From the NCBI GenBank assembly GCA_002633005.1, contig NMRA01000355.1, positions 7,571 through 71,570 on the forward strand: a DNA stretch of 64,000 nt, written 5' to 3'. The position numbers and the translations under genes were made by a program. The stretch is from Phoronis australis (Eukaryota; Animalia; Phoronida). Below, piece by piece: positions 25,701 to 40,700 of this stretch. Each line of letters starts with the position of its first letter. Positions within the stretch are counted from its first letter, which is position 1. A model generated the notes under the pieces. The model had not been told where the DNA came from. It was given only the letters and a program-made list of their open reading frames with translations, and did not search any database.

Positions 25701-28700
25701 ATGCTGCAGCTTGAAACCACTGTGCGTTAAGGTCCAACAGACCTCAAAATTTCACACCACCCGGGTAGTTCTGTGTGTCATCTCGGCGTGAAACTTGTCT
25801 CAGCATTAACAGCTAACGACCGGCGGGTGTCCATGCAAAACTTATAAGTCAACCGACACTTACATTGCCCGATACATCCGTAAAAGTGAAAAACAATATA
25901 ATAAACGACATTTTCTTGCACAATTCTCGGCCTTTCGTAACAAATAAAAACCTATCGTCAGCAAAAGACGTCGTATGGAGGTAACAAGGTATTGTTTGAA
26001 TTGCGAGATTCATGCGACGGTCGTAAGCGCGTCGCATGGTTATTGCGTATGGGACACTTCCATTGTTTTCCTTTTATGTGATTTTGGTGGAGATAACACT
26101 GCAGGTCGCATGGCTATCGTATATTGGGGGCATATCAGCCCATTACCCGGTTAATGCTTGCCGATATCTTTATAAAAGGAAAGAAAAACAAAGTGACCAA
26201 TGCATACGCCTATCTGGTGATATCTATGCTATGAGCTTGCGACCTAGTTTCGCGTGGGCAAGTTTGAAAACAGTACGCTCGTCGCACGTGCACCCGCCAT
26301 TTCCTAACGTCTTTGCGACATATCTCGGGAGATGATGGCAACTTTGCAGCAGCAAAATTTGTTCTGAAATTCGGTTTGCTGGTTTTGAAAATACACAAAA
26401 TCTATAACGAAATGAAACCAGTTCCGATATTTTGTTGTGACATGTACGCAGGCTTGTGGAAGAAAACAGTGTATACAGCAGTATTTTTAGTATTCAGTTT
26501 GGCACCAAGGCTAGCTGCTCGTGTGCCCCAACGAAACGTTATTTACTACGACGCATTGAAAGACAAGACAAGAACTAACAAACAAGATGGTATACCTTAA
26601 GAAGCAAGAAAGAGGTAATAGCTGTCCATGTTGAGACGACAATAATGGTCAATGCCTGCACCCCTAGCAGATAGAACCCTCCGCCTTTGAACAAACCACG
26701 TCGACCATAGGTGAGCGATAAGATATCTTCCTATGGAGATATAAAATAAATATGCATATGATTGAGAATACACTTGCCGCAAAGTTTTGATAAATTTACA
26801 TATTCTCGCGAAAGGGGAATTCTAAAAGTACAGAGCTCGTCCGGGCTAACGCCTCTTTTTCGGTTTTCTGCACACACCGAAATTTCCAAACTTTAATTTT
26901 CAAGATCCCATGCTTGGCTTAAAGGAGAATGCCATCCAAAAACAACCTAGTTTGTATCAATTTAGATGGAGTAGTTCTACTCGATAACGGCACGTTCGGT
27001 TGCGTTACCTGACATCTGACAGCAGGCGGAGGTGTTGAAATTATCCAATGACGTAATTGGTTTCACATGCAGTCTGTTCAGCAATTCACAATACGGGTTA
27101 GTGTGATTATCGCCTGGATTCATCGTTTAACACCAATAAATCATCAAACTTCGATGTAAAACCCTTAAAAACATTCTTATAAAAACGTGTTCTTATATTT
27201 CGCTGTTATGGATTTACAGGTATTTGGACACACCGTAGCCTACAAAGTTCGGCAGGCCAATTTACCAAGGTACGTAGCATGAGTTTGGGGTCTGTTCGGA
27301 GACAAATTCGAAGTATTCTTCCGTGAAATACAGACAGGAGAACCTAGATATGTGTTGTTTATACTTGTGATTTTTTGAGTTCTAAACACACAAAACGCTT
27401 GTTATCCCGGCCAGTGGCTCGGAACCCGATCTGGCCCGGTGTCTTGACCGCGGGACTGACTCGTTATCCCGGACAGTGGCTCGGAACCGGGACTGGCACG
27501 AACGTAAACCAGCTTCAGTTGGAAACTAAACCTCCAGTCACGAAAAGACCATACTAGTGAGCCAAAGAATGTGCACGTAATTACGTGAATTAGCCACGAA
27601 ACTGAAAATCTACTTACTTGTCGGGGGCCGCGAAGTCGGGTTCCCCTTCCACAGACCGTCATGACAAAGGTACAGTAACAATGCTTTGAATAATGTATTT
27701 GTATTTCTAAATAAAGATTACCCTAACATGTGACCATAGCATATAAAATCAATTAATTGCTTCACAACAGCTTTTCGTCAGCAAACACTGAATAAGCATG
27801 CGCTCACACGGCCTCGGTGCCCGGTCGATTACCTTTGTTGCCGGCATCAAAAGACGCAAAAACGCAGTGTTTTATTAATTGCTGGCTTCTCATTTGCACT
27901 CACGAGTACTCCAAGGCATTACAAAGTGTATCTAATGAGACAGACTTTGTTTCAGTTTCATTATAAGCATTGGTTAGGATGAGAATAATTCATTTTGAAA
28001 CAGAGCGCTGAATAATAAACGTTTACATGGCAACTCGGCCGGTGCCAATCCCGACTTAGTCAAGAGCTCATCCGACGAAGACTTCACGGGTCTGATCGTT
28101 AGGTTTCACAGGCTATCAGTTCGAACGGGAATACACTGATCAAGAAATACTAGAGAAGCGCCTTGAACATGCACAGGCAACGGAATGCATGGATAGTTCT
28201 TTGGTAAGCTGGAATTCGTCAGAGAAATCACTGTCGACGAAATGCCGGCCACAGACACGGAGATGTTTCACGGCCTCATACTTGCTATTAACAGCGTATT
28301 TTTCATTCTCCACTACGCGACCCACTTCCTAAGCATTTTGGACTCTCGAGGAAGTCGAAAAAATGATATACCCGATTTCTTCGCAGCTTCATAGTTCGGA
28401 CAAGTGGGAACAAAGGATCGCAATATAGCGGCATTCACTCTGCAGACGAACCACTGACGTCGCTACGTCGTTTCTCACCTTCCTCACAGGTTAACGCGAC
28501 CTCTCGGCAAGGTGAGGTCGACCGTATAAGAGGCGATGTGGATACAGACCGATTAAGACGGTAAAAAAGGCTAATTAAATCGGGTGGCATTCTCCTTTAA
28601 GGCCTACAGTCAATTCATATGGCGGATACTAATTCTTTGTGAAGTCTCCGTGTCTTTGAAAACGCACGTCGTTTGCTTTTGAACATAGATCAGCCCCTTG

Positions 28701-31700
28701 TCATAATCGTAGTGCAACAACGTGTTCTTTACTAGATGTGCGTTAGGAAATGGCTCCGTCTTTTGGTTGATACGCATTGTAATATTACCGTTCTTGTTTC
28801 CAAAAAGACCAATCCACCCTTCGGGTAAACACATACCGCCGGATTGAAAAATAAACGTTTTCAGAAACTCTAATTGCTCAAAGTAACGTCCACCTGCTTG
28901 TTTTACTTTCCCAATTTACCCACCTAGGCATTTAGATGAAGAGTATCACGGGATTGCGACGTACAGTAGAGGTCCACGTAAGTATAATTGGAAAGTTTCG
29001 GTGTACATTCTTTCGGAGCAACAATGAGCATTACGTGTAGACAATTTCCATAATTTCCCAAGCTTATATGTAGAACCAATCATTGGGAAAGACGTCAGAG
29101 GGCATTGTTTACATGTATATACGGATACACAGAGGATTATTCCTGAAAATGGCAAATGCACGGCTTTGCAACCGCAATGATGAAGTCAAGTGCAGCAATA
29201 GCATACCCTGTGTTGTTCATGCATTTCCTTGGTACTGCCAGTTTACCGGAAATACGGCTGAGTGTAGTCTAATAACTGAAAAGATCGCGTGTAGCCAAGC
29301 AAAAGGTGTCCGTCTTTTAGATAACATAAAAACACCCAACTTCCTCCTGAGCTGTTTTTGGTCTCTTTGTTTGAGCGGTGATCCCGGGCAACGCATCAAT
29401 TTAAATAGATGCACTGAATGTCCTCTTTCTCACGCTCCAGTGTCATTTATGAGTCTCAATCACATTAGAAAGACTATGGTTTACTTAAGTACGTGTAGAT
29501 GTAACTGATTTTAGAAAAAAATATTCAACGCGAAAATTTCCGTTAAAATAACATTAAAACATTATGTTGAGAAATTAATGTGGTATACCTATTTAATCTC
29601 TCACCTCTTCAGGAAATAACCCAATGCTTAGTAAGCCCCAAACGGACGCCATAAGATGCACAGGAATGACACCTGCCGGATCATCTACTTTCACTTTTTC
29701 TAGGAGCATGGTTCCTGCTACAGCAATGGCGCCACCAACAGACCCAATAATGAACGACTCCCAAGGATGGACCAAAGCACAACACCCTACAAGCAAATGA
29801 GCAGCCTCAAAATAACGTCACAGTAGGTAAAATGCATCGTGCAAAAAACTGAACCAATTGCGGACGGGTCGGAGCTCAGGCACATCTTTAAAAACTCATA
29901 AAAGCTCGTTCGGAATCTTGCTTATTTCGTTTGTTTTTACAAATGTTGACGTATCAAACCAGCAGTGAAGGTGCACTTCGACGTTTTTCTTCTTTTTTCT
30001 TTTTGCACCTCGCCGTCTTGAGAAAATCCAATATCAAGCTGACTGTGTTAAGGTTCTACGCAATCTCAATTGGCCCAAACTGTCCAATAGGAGAACGCTT
30101 TAGTACCAAAAGGTGTATTTTAAAAGTGATTGACAAATTTAAACTCGAAATTCTACCTGTATTTAGGTGACTAATATCGAAAATTACAAAATAGGTCCCG
30201 TAATATTCACAACTCCATTACGAGCAAGATTGTGGAATCCACCAGTGACTCGCAAAACACGTTTCAGAGCTTCCTGGGGTTGCACGAATTTAAAATTTGC
30301 GAATTCAAAAATAGCGCATCTGCATATTGCCTGCAAATTTTAGTCTCATTCGTCAACAGCCAAGATTGGATAAAGCTGAAGTGGTTTTCAATAACAAAGC
30401 GATTGAGTTAAGAAATTCGTATTGACAGCCATACACATCTACGGGGTAAATTGTAGCGTGACTAATTTTTCTCAAGAAACGTTTTTTTTTCATATACATA
30501 AACACAGTTGCCAGTCGCAATGACAGATCTACGTTTTCAGTGAGGGGGGTTAGTATTCGCACGAATCCGAGGCGCGTAGCGCCGAGTGGGGGGATGTCAG
30601 ATTTTTTTAGTTTTTGTACAGTATCTGATTTAGTTTTCCCGCCAACGATTTTTTTTAATTTATATTTTTGATCCTGTCCCAGGGTGGGATAAACCACCTG
30701 AACCCCCACCCCGTGGATCCGCCTCTTGAGTCGTATAGGCAGGTATTCGGAAAACATTGCAACCCAATTAATCGTATTAAAACGGTTTCAGAGTATTTTT
30801 CATGATGTTGATATTACAATAACTTGACCCAATTCTCACAGAATCAAGAGCTTGGAATAGTATTTCTCAGGCCACGGCGTGGTTTTTTCTTTAACCTGAC
30901 CAATTTAGACACAATTTTCAAAACATATCTCCTAACTGCATTAGTTTGTTGATCCCCAGTCATGCGGTCATATTGTCTTCAACTGCAGATTCCCTGACGA
31001 AACGGTGAGAAACACGCTTTTTCGGGCTTTGGTGGCCATCTGACTGCACATTTATATAATGCACGTGTCTGCATGAAGTGCTATTGGTGAAATATTGTCT
31101 TTCATAAATAGACGTTTTAATCTCTAACATTTTCATAACGAATGCATTTTCATCAATCCGAAAAGGTTCTTAAGTACGTAGCATAATTCTTGTGAAAGTA
31201 ACTCTGATTGGCGTTAATTCATTACATCTTCTTTGTATATGCAGTACATGTCTCTTCAAATATTCATCACGTTATATCACAAGTCCCTCGTCAACTTTTC
31301 TCCTTTGTGAGTATATTGATTTATAGTTGACTTTTATATCATTTACATGTACATAAACTATCTACATTCTAAAACCCAGATATAATGCCCTACGTATTTT
31401 CCAGTTTGCATTTTTTCTTCGTTGTGGCTATGTTTTTGCTATAAATGTTATTCGTTTAAAAAATCAAAAGCACTCCGCTGCCAGGTGTTGACATGTGTCT
31501 ACGGTGCACAGTAAACAGCACGTCTTCAGGAGTGTTAATTAGTTTCGTGTAAGGAACAAAGAGACAGCAACGTGACCACAAAAGATATATTCAGTAGTCG
31601 GAATTGAGAAAAGTGTTAGTATCTCACTGTCTAAACTACCAACATGTCAACATGGTGAACATTTCAATGTCACGAAGGAACACAGCACTAAGCAGACATG

Positions 31701-34700
31701 AGGTTTGGCGAAAACAAAAGATGGACACAAAATGACATGATCCGCCCAAAAATTCACTGATACCGTCGATTTCTGCCAATCGGTTCTCTAGATAATATCT
31801 GGAAACGCGTTTCTCACAAAGATACTGAACAAGTCCCTTGTCGAGACCAAAATGGCAGCTAGGGGTTGTTGCAGTAGCAGAGTTTGCCTGAGCATCGAGT
31901 AGTGATGGTGTGTGGTCGTCACGTATGGTGTCATGTTTCATTGAAACCTGTCACTCAGTTATGTACAAGTAGATGGCACCAGGAAACGCTTCCGTGTGAC
32001 AAAGTAGGCTTACGACCGTGGTCTTGTCAAATATCCAGCAAACAACTGCGCAATCGGAAAAAAATAACCTCTGAAGTGGTGCAATCCACCCGAACATCGA
32101 CACGTGGTCGTCACATATCTTTATGTTAAGTTTCACTGACATCCATGGGTTCCTAAGGTATCACACGCATACACTCTTCCCAGAATTACTGAAAAGTGCT
32201 CTTGCTAGAACGAAACGGCCACTAGAGGGTCCTAGAGGATGCAAAATGGCACAAAAAGAGACCAGTTTCGGAGCATTGTCGCCACATACGTCTGTATCAA
32301 GTGTCATTGAAATCAGTGAGTAGGTTCTTTTTATACTATATTGAAATACGCTTTACCCAAATGTAATCCGAACGCCTTTGTCAATGGCTACAACGGTATG
32401 CTTCAGCCCTAAAATCAACTGTTGTCGTAGTATTACCCTCTAACAACTCCGATTCGATTTTCATCAGCTTTCTAGACATTATCATGAAATGCTCTTCCCA
32501 TTAAACACTGGAACTACAGATTGAAAAGCGCCTTGCGTCATCCTCGTGATTCCGAACAACGCTCGCAGCAACCTTCGTCAAAACCCGGTCAATGTCTTCT
32601 GTGATGTCGAGCGAGCGCCTGACTGGACTCCCGGTCAAAATGATGACTAAAGGCACCCACACATGAATATGGATGCACGTGCCAGATTTCCTCTGTGCTG
32701 ACATCTGCAAAAATGTGCGTGCACATCCATGACCTCCATGAGCATGAATGTGCTTTTTGAACGAGAAAGCGGAAAGGAGCTCATCACGTGTGTTTCTCTT
32801 GGTTTGATTTCAATGCAATAGCTAGAAAATCTTTCGAGATATTGCAGGCCTGCAACCAATTACAAGGGGTAACTATGACAAAATATTTATTGCAAGATTC
32901 CAAAGCGTGAAACCTCGCTTATCAAAAATAAACTAAACAAGTTTGAAATTCCAACTGAATGCTCCATCAGCGACCCAATCATCATGCGTCAAATAGAGTT
33001 TCCATTGAGGTCATTGGAATTTGATTGACATTGATTTTTTAGATTTTTTCGGAGAGAACTAATTAAGTTTAATGTCAAAGCTCGTGATGAAATTTCAAAA
33101 AACGTTAATACAGTTTCTAAATTTTCATTTCCTTTAAATTTTATGCAAAGAATAGCTGACCCATGTAATCATTGAGTCAATTCACGACTTAAACGTCCAG
33201 GCACTTTCTAGTCAAGGAAGGTGTTTGGGATAAAGTGATGCACCCTCTACTTATTTCAGTTCAACAGTTTTCAAAAGCCGCTACATCAGGATGCATTCAA
33301 TCTGAAATGAATGAAAAACCGATGTATGCAGTTACTGGCCTAAGAAACTCTGGTACAAAGAACGACAATAGTCTATAACCACCAGCGTTCGAAACTATAC
33401 ACGCTGGTCCGGTGGCCCGGGATTTGTGACCGGGCCAGTAAACTTTCATATATGGAACCATGCGGATGTGGTCTCATATTCAAATAACTGTACCTTTTGT
33501 TTGCTGAAGTTCGAACACTGCTCATCACCACTGAGCCTCAAAATAATTGATGGAATTTGTTTCAATCAAGGTCTGACATCTAATCAATAAAACGATTTCT
33601 TCATCACTACACCGCGCGATCGTGTCAATAAACTTCGTCTTACAGTGGTGAAAATGCCTCCGATTTTATAGGAAGTTACCATTCCGTGATGATTAATTGC
33701 GTTTTGCGCAGTCCAGTTGCTATCATCGCGCACTACGGAGTTGATAAGCTATTTTTGTAATCGTCGAACATCACGTGACTAGCATTTTGTTCTGACCACT
33801 GAATATCGAGCATCAAGCTGGTTCTCCACTAGCCTAATATAATGTAACTTTATAAAACCGCTCAAACTTATTAAGAATGGTGGCCATACAGTATAGCTAC
33901 GCCACCGACTTAATCATTTAAAAACCGTTTTCGACTAACTCTCCGTTATTTGCTGAATGGAAAACAGCCAAAGTGACTATCATTCACAAAAAGGTTAGCA
34001 ACCTTGAACCTGAATACAGCGGTTTAATTCATCATTTCCCGTATTCCCACAATCCTTTAGCTCATTGCCTATTGGTCAACGGCGAATTAAATATTCTTTA
34101 CCATCTTTGAGTGTGTACGCTCTTACTGTACTCGTAAAAGCTCAAGTTCACTTCTAATTAATCGTGTGAGATCTTTGAACTAACGCCTCATAAATACGTG
34201 TGGACGGTCATTAACCGTTGGATGAGCTTAGCCAGTGGTATGCTATCTTGGGCCCGGGGATTGTTTTGACATTTCTTTATATACTTTTTTGGTGGGAACT
34301 CGAGATACATGTAATTGCCCGTTTTAGCTGTTCAAATGAGTTATAGTCTATGCTAATTAATTTCTAGTCTAGGTTCGCCCCTGATGACCCCTACATTCGA
34401 GATACAAACTCGAATAAAAATTCGAGTAAGAACTCTTACTTTTGAACTCAGAGCCGAACTTACATGTATAGCCTTTTACACGATGGATTCATCGGGTGCC
34501 AGCCATTCACCTAAATCATAACTTACTCGAGCTCAGAATAGTAGACGCTTACATGTATCTTGGAGTTCCCACAAAAGTAGAACGGAAGAAGTTAGAAATA
34601 ATTTCAAGCTCAATTTCAAGAACGACTATTGCACCCGGGTTATTTGTAATTATGTCATTCTGTTTCTTTACTTGTTTGTTTTCATAACTCATTTTACTGT

Positions 34701-37700
34701 AATCATTTCAATACGCTACATACTGTTATAGCGTAATAAACTCAGTCGTGTAATAGTTAAATTCTTGTGATGTTGTACTGGGCCAATCTGTTCGCTGACT
34801 CTATTTCGGTGTTCAAACCACGCAACACTTGTTGATAGAGGAAGCCACACAAATGTTCCTTATGAAAAACACATTTTGTTAAGTTCAATTCGAGTTTTGT
34901 GGAAGAAGAATGCCACTTTTTGTTTATGTGCAGCGCATACCAAGGTTTTCAGGTACAAGACTAAGTGGTCGCTTTTGTCATACATGTACGCCCACATAAC
35001 TTAAATTTCAATTTATATTTGCGATGAGAACTCCTGAGAGCTCTCACTCATATACTGTTATTCACCCACTATGTTCTCAAGCGTCATCATACACCGTCTA
35101 TTTTGTACCACAAATGACAATTTGCTATATTATGCTACACTCCAGACGTAAGGCCATACCTATCCATTTCAATTAATAAACCTATATTTTGAGTAAAGTT
35201 CTTTTGACCACACCTCAGTGGAGTACAGACGATAAAAACCATTAATCGAACCATGACCTGTTCTCACATTGCAGTACAAGGGAAATCATCAAAACAAAAC
35301 ACCTGTATAGATAACACTCAATCTCCAAGCAACTTTTTAATATGCAAAAGATGCTTAAAGATATTGTTTACTTTCCATTTACAGGACGAGTTTCGTCAAT
35401 TGAAATAGGCCAGTAAAATGTAAACGTTTCGCACATTACATGTACACTCCTGTCCGTGTTTGCTTTATTTTGCTATTATCACTTCAATATGCGAGATTAA
35501 CTCATAAACCTAATTTCATATTGCGGCAGCTGAGTGAATACCCATAATGCACAAATCATTTGTCCCTTACTACATTGGTCATTTTAGGTGATGGTGTACG
35601 AACCACAAAAAAATAACCTAAAAAGCATATTAAATGTGGATAACTTTGAAAATATTTGGAGTTGTGTTGAATGAGCATCATTTGAGCTTGAGGCTCAACA
35701 ATATTAACTTGTGTTAAAATCCGTTTTATGAAGTTGGAAGCGTAAAAATCATTTTTGAACGATGACCTGAAAAGATTTGGATATCCCTGAATTGGTTTAA
35801 ACCCACAACTTACCTGTTACACTTACAAGAGAACCAAGAATGGAGTGGATCATAAAACTGACGTCAAATTTCCGTTTCTTAACGAAAAAGCTGAAATTAG
35901 AACATATATGTTAAAAGACGTTTAAATGTAATCAGTTGAGACACCAATAAGATACATGCACACACACGCGTGCATGCAAACGCACAAGCACTGAAATACT
36001 TTTTAATGAGCCGAAAACAAAATTGTATCCATATCAGCACATGGGAAATAAATAATCAGAGGGCATGTTTTCGATAGTGGTTTTGTTTGTTTTGACATAC
36101 GTTACTGACTCCAAAATAAATTTTGAGCATTCGGGTCAAGTTTTATGAAATCAGTATTAACCATTCTTGTTTCATTTAACCAAAAGTGTCAGTGACGTTG
36201 TGGGCAAGCTGTGCAGTACAAATGGCGTGTGCGTGCGTGCGTGAACGTAAATGTTCGCCCTTTAATCCGCGAGCCGGGACACCACGTGATGTACAAGTAC
36301 ACGCTTTTGTCAATCATACATGCAGTCTGGACAGAACTTTATCCCGGGAATGCCAACTTCGATCTTGTGTTGCTGAGATCGCGCCGCGCATGCGAGGTAT
36401 TGTTTTGAATTCGTTGGTTCTGGTGTTGCTTATTCCTACGGAGTTTACTGTCGATAAAACATATTGCAACTCCGCCGCCGTTTTTCAACCAAATTGCATA
36501 AGAGTCATATCATTATGAAGGCCTTCTTCAGTTCTTGATGGTCACGTTTCAGCAGAAGCAAATGATGAATAATTTAATTAATAAATGATCATCATTTTAC
36601 ATACCTATCGGGTTTAAAAATATTTTTTATTTAAAAAACAACAGTGTTACAAAAATGCAAAAAGTGAAATGGTTTGATTCAAGGCTTTCTGATAGTTAAA
36701 AAATGATCAAACATATAGTGTGAAAGGCTTGGATTGTACTGGAATGTCAGTATTCGTTTGTAAATAAAGTAAAAATTAGTGATCCTGATAAATGAAGAGT
36801 GTGTCTTCGTAAACAAGAGACATTGCAACACATTTTTACGATTTTTATGTTACTTAAGAAAGTGAACTATAACAATATTCATTGCAACATTCATAGTTGT
36901 CAACATTCGAGAATGAAAACACGAGAGAATTGTATTGAAAAGCGGGGATTCCCGATAAAATGCGTGGCATTTGGGTCAATGCCAAAACGCTAGGATGAAT
37001 TGTTCGCCACAATACACATCACGACAGCGTTTTGTATCGAACAAGAACCGTTACACCCGAAAGCGTTTTTTTGTGTTTTTAAGTCGATTGGGAAAGTGCA
37101 GGTGCCTCAAAAACCCACGGAAAGTCCTTTATCGTTTTAGTCGAACGGGAAAATGGTGCCATCTCGCGTGGAAAATTACAGTAGTTTATGACAATATGTG
37201 TCTTATGGCAAAAAGCGGGATATTTTGGAGGTGGGGCGGGATGGCGAGAAACTTTTCAAAAGTGGGATAGTCGGCCAAGAGCGGGACAGACGGCAAACAC
37301 AATGTAGCCTATCAGCAAAACAAATCATTGGACTGGATTTATTGACAAAGCAAACTTTTCATTTTTGCATTTCATTTCATGGGTACAGGTAAATTCTACA
37401 GATAACATTCATTGCTCAGAAATCGAAGTTACAGAAAATACATCGGCAACTGGTAGACATTTCCTAAATGAATTGCTATAGAGCCATTGGAAACAATAAT
37501 GACTGATGCAAAGACAAAAAACACTTACATGTAAGCTATGCAAATACGAGTAGGTTTTCAAAAGTCACGTAAACACACCTGCTGGTAGGGGCTAAACTAT
37601 CTGTTTATAATTGCTAAACATACACTCATAAACCAAATGTCACTTCCTTCCGTATAATATTGTAACATGATTTAAACACCCAAATGTCTTATTGAAAAAT

Positions 37701-40700
37701 TCTTGACATGTAGTTTGACAGGTTGTCAAAAGTGGCTCAAAGAGTGGAGAAGAAAAGATGTCAGAGGCCAGACTATTCCCGATATTCGGCCAGGGTCAAG
37801 GGTCGGTGTGTAAAAGGAATGACCAAAGCAACTGTCTGGTATGTAGACTAATTTTGCCGAAAATGCTTGTTGTCTAGAACCGAAGCTCAAGAGTCTCACG
37901 GCACTCGATGAACGAAAATGGCAAAATGAAAATGAAGCATTGAAAAAATGCTTGATTTGATAACTCCAACACTCGATCAAAATTGTGGCAGGCAGTCAGT
38001 CGGAAATCCTCAACTCAAAACTCTAGCGGATTTTTCTTGCGGTCGCAAGCTCTACATGTAATAATAGAAAACATGCACATTGGTCACCTGCAGGAGTTGG
38101 CATTCCAGAGATAGAGTTCTATGGTCTGAATACGAGGTCAATGCACTCGGAAAGCGACATTTGCGATGAACAAGAACACGCCTGATTGATTTCCGACCCT
38201 TAATGGCAGGAAACAATTTTTGTTATCACCGATGTCAAATTTCCGAAGCTTGCTGAGTATCTGTGCGGGAAATTTCGTTATGTAAGATTTTTGAAGCGGC
38301 TACAAAACCGCGTTCTGACCAAAAAGGAACTTGTGATATGAATTTTCACCGCTATGAAAAAATATACTTGAGTTTGCAAAGCGGTGAAAGTTCGTTATTC
38401 TTTGAGACAATGTTCCACACGTAAAAAGACACGCTGTGACAAGCCAACATGTAGAACATTGACAAAATACAAGTTAGTTCGAGGCCTTGAATTCACTTCT
38501 AATTTGATTGCGGAACAAATTGAGACCAACTTGGGTCCAAAATTTTTAGCGGAAGGTGGGTTTACAGACGCTGTTTAGAGTTCTGAAAAAGGCAACATTA
38601 CGAAAAAACATGTTTCTGCAATGGACATCCTCAAGAATTCAAGGATTCAGTAGAAATTCCAAAATCAAACAAGTAATTAAAAATACACTCTCATAACTAA
38701 ATAAAGCTTCTCAGAAAGTGTTTATGGGGAGCTTTTCAAGCTTCAAACACAGTAAAATACGTATAGCCAGTGGCGGATTTAGAGGGGGGCTAAGGGGCCC
38801 CATTACCCGCTAAAACTCTCCTAGATTCCATTTGGCAATTAGAGGGTGTGAATGTCTGACGGTCAAAATCCTGGCTAATACTCTGGCCTGCCCCCCTAAC
38901 TAAAAATCCTGGATCCGCCCTGCCTACTGATTGACAATTTATATATTCCGAATTTTACATCCCCTTCAAGAGCTTGCGTATCCCACATTACGAAACTAAT
39001 ATTGACATGGCAACGCTTTTTATATTTTGAGCGCAAAGCCTTTTGAGATCCCCTGTATAATGTTTTTTTCCGAAAAATACCAACACAAATTAAATTGATG
39101 AATTGACATACTTTTCTCAAAGACAACCATCGGTGAACGAGCACCAGTTTTGCTACAGATTTCATCCAGAAAATGGGTTTTAGCTAAGATATCGATCTCT
39201 GTAGGGCACGTTGCTTACCGCCACCATGAGCCAACTTTGAACTTCCAAGGCAAAAATCACCAATATTCCCAATATTCTACATATAACTTTACACAGAGCT
39301 AGACCGTGGTGTCTTCTCAAAATCAAACTTCATTGAAAAACCAGTATAATTTGTGCCCATGCGCAAATGGGAAGTCACAAATATTTCGCAATCGTAGCTG
39401 CTAGTCTGCTACCTGAGGCAGTTGATCTCGAATGTTCTTGTGGAGCACGCGTCTTTCATTGGCATGATTTTCGTAATCCGCTTCCATAGTAAGAACCTTG
39501 ATCTACGGATTTGATCTTAGTAAAGTACTTGATACTGTAACCACAAAGATGTGTATTGTATACTTAGATTGTACATGTATCTGCTGTCTCTTTAATATCA
39601 AATGTTATATTTACCTGATACCAAACCCAGAAACTCCACCCGCCATTGACGAACATAAAGTTGCGACGGCTGCGCGCGCAGCAATCTTCCATCTTCCCTG
39701 AGAAATTCCGTAAGTACTTCCGCAATTAAACCCAAGCCAGCCCCACCTGTTGGAGATAATTGTTATAACGCTTAATAATATTTGTCTCAAGTAGATGTAA
39801 AAGACTTGTAAGCGATGAACTAATTTACTTCTTACAATCTTGAAAAACTCAATTGCATAACAACTGGGAATTCCAGAAAGTTAGGTGGCGTAGGGTGATT
39901 TTGAGTTTCGATTGAGACACATAAAATACTGACTCCATACACTTATTAAAACCGATCATCCTATTGCTAAGATTAACCTAATGATATTTGTATTTCACAC
40001 CACTGTCCTCAGGGAAAACCTGCTCAGAGTTACCCTGTAAATTTTATGTAACACGTGGGCCAAGGTCTTAAATGTTGAGAATAAATAAACTATAAACTAA
40101 AAATCAGTCGGTGATATCCAGAAATCTGTGCATGACACGAAAATCGTAAATTTTAACTGCTAACTTTAGGTGGCTAACTCATCAAATTTTGTTGGTTTAG
40201 GCGTTATAGTACTTTTCGTCCCTAAAGTGGAATACACATACATATGATGTCACTTACCACAGCATAAACATGCCTAGAAGCGAGTTCGTCGGACATCCCA
40301 TAGATAGAGACGATTTCTCATCTTCAGCGAATCGCTTATATCGTGGTCCAATCATAATAGTCGCCACCAGACCAGTAACTCCGCCCACTAAGTGCACGGG
40401 CCCCGCCCCTGCCACGTCAACAGCACCGAGTTGTTTCAACCAACCGTTTCCAGCCCAAATCCAGTGAGCGGGGAAACAATAAACAAACGTGTTTAACAAA
40501 GAAAATACCATGTACGCGGACAGTTTTGTCCTTTCTGCCATACATCCGGAGACAATAGTAGTGGAAGTTGTGGCGAAAGACATCTGGAAAAAGAAAAGTG
40601 AATACAGCCATCCCATGTCCTCATCCGAAGCCTCTGTGAAGAAGTACCCCCAACCACAAAACGGGTTCGAGTACTTCGGATCTTCACCAAATGCGAATCC

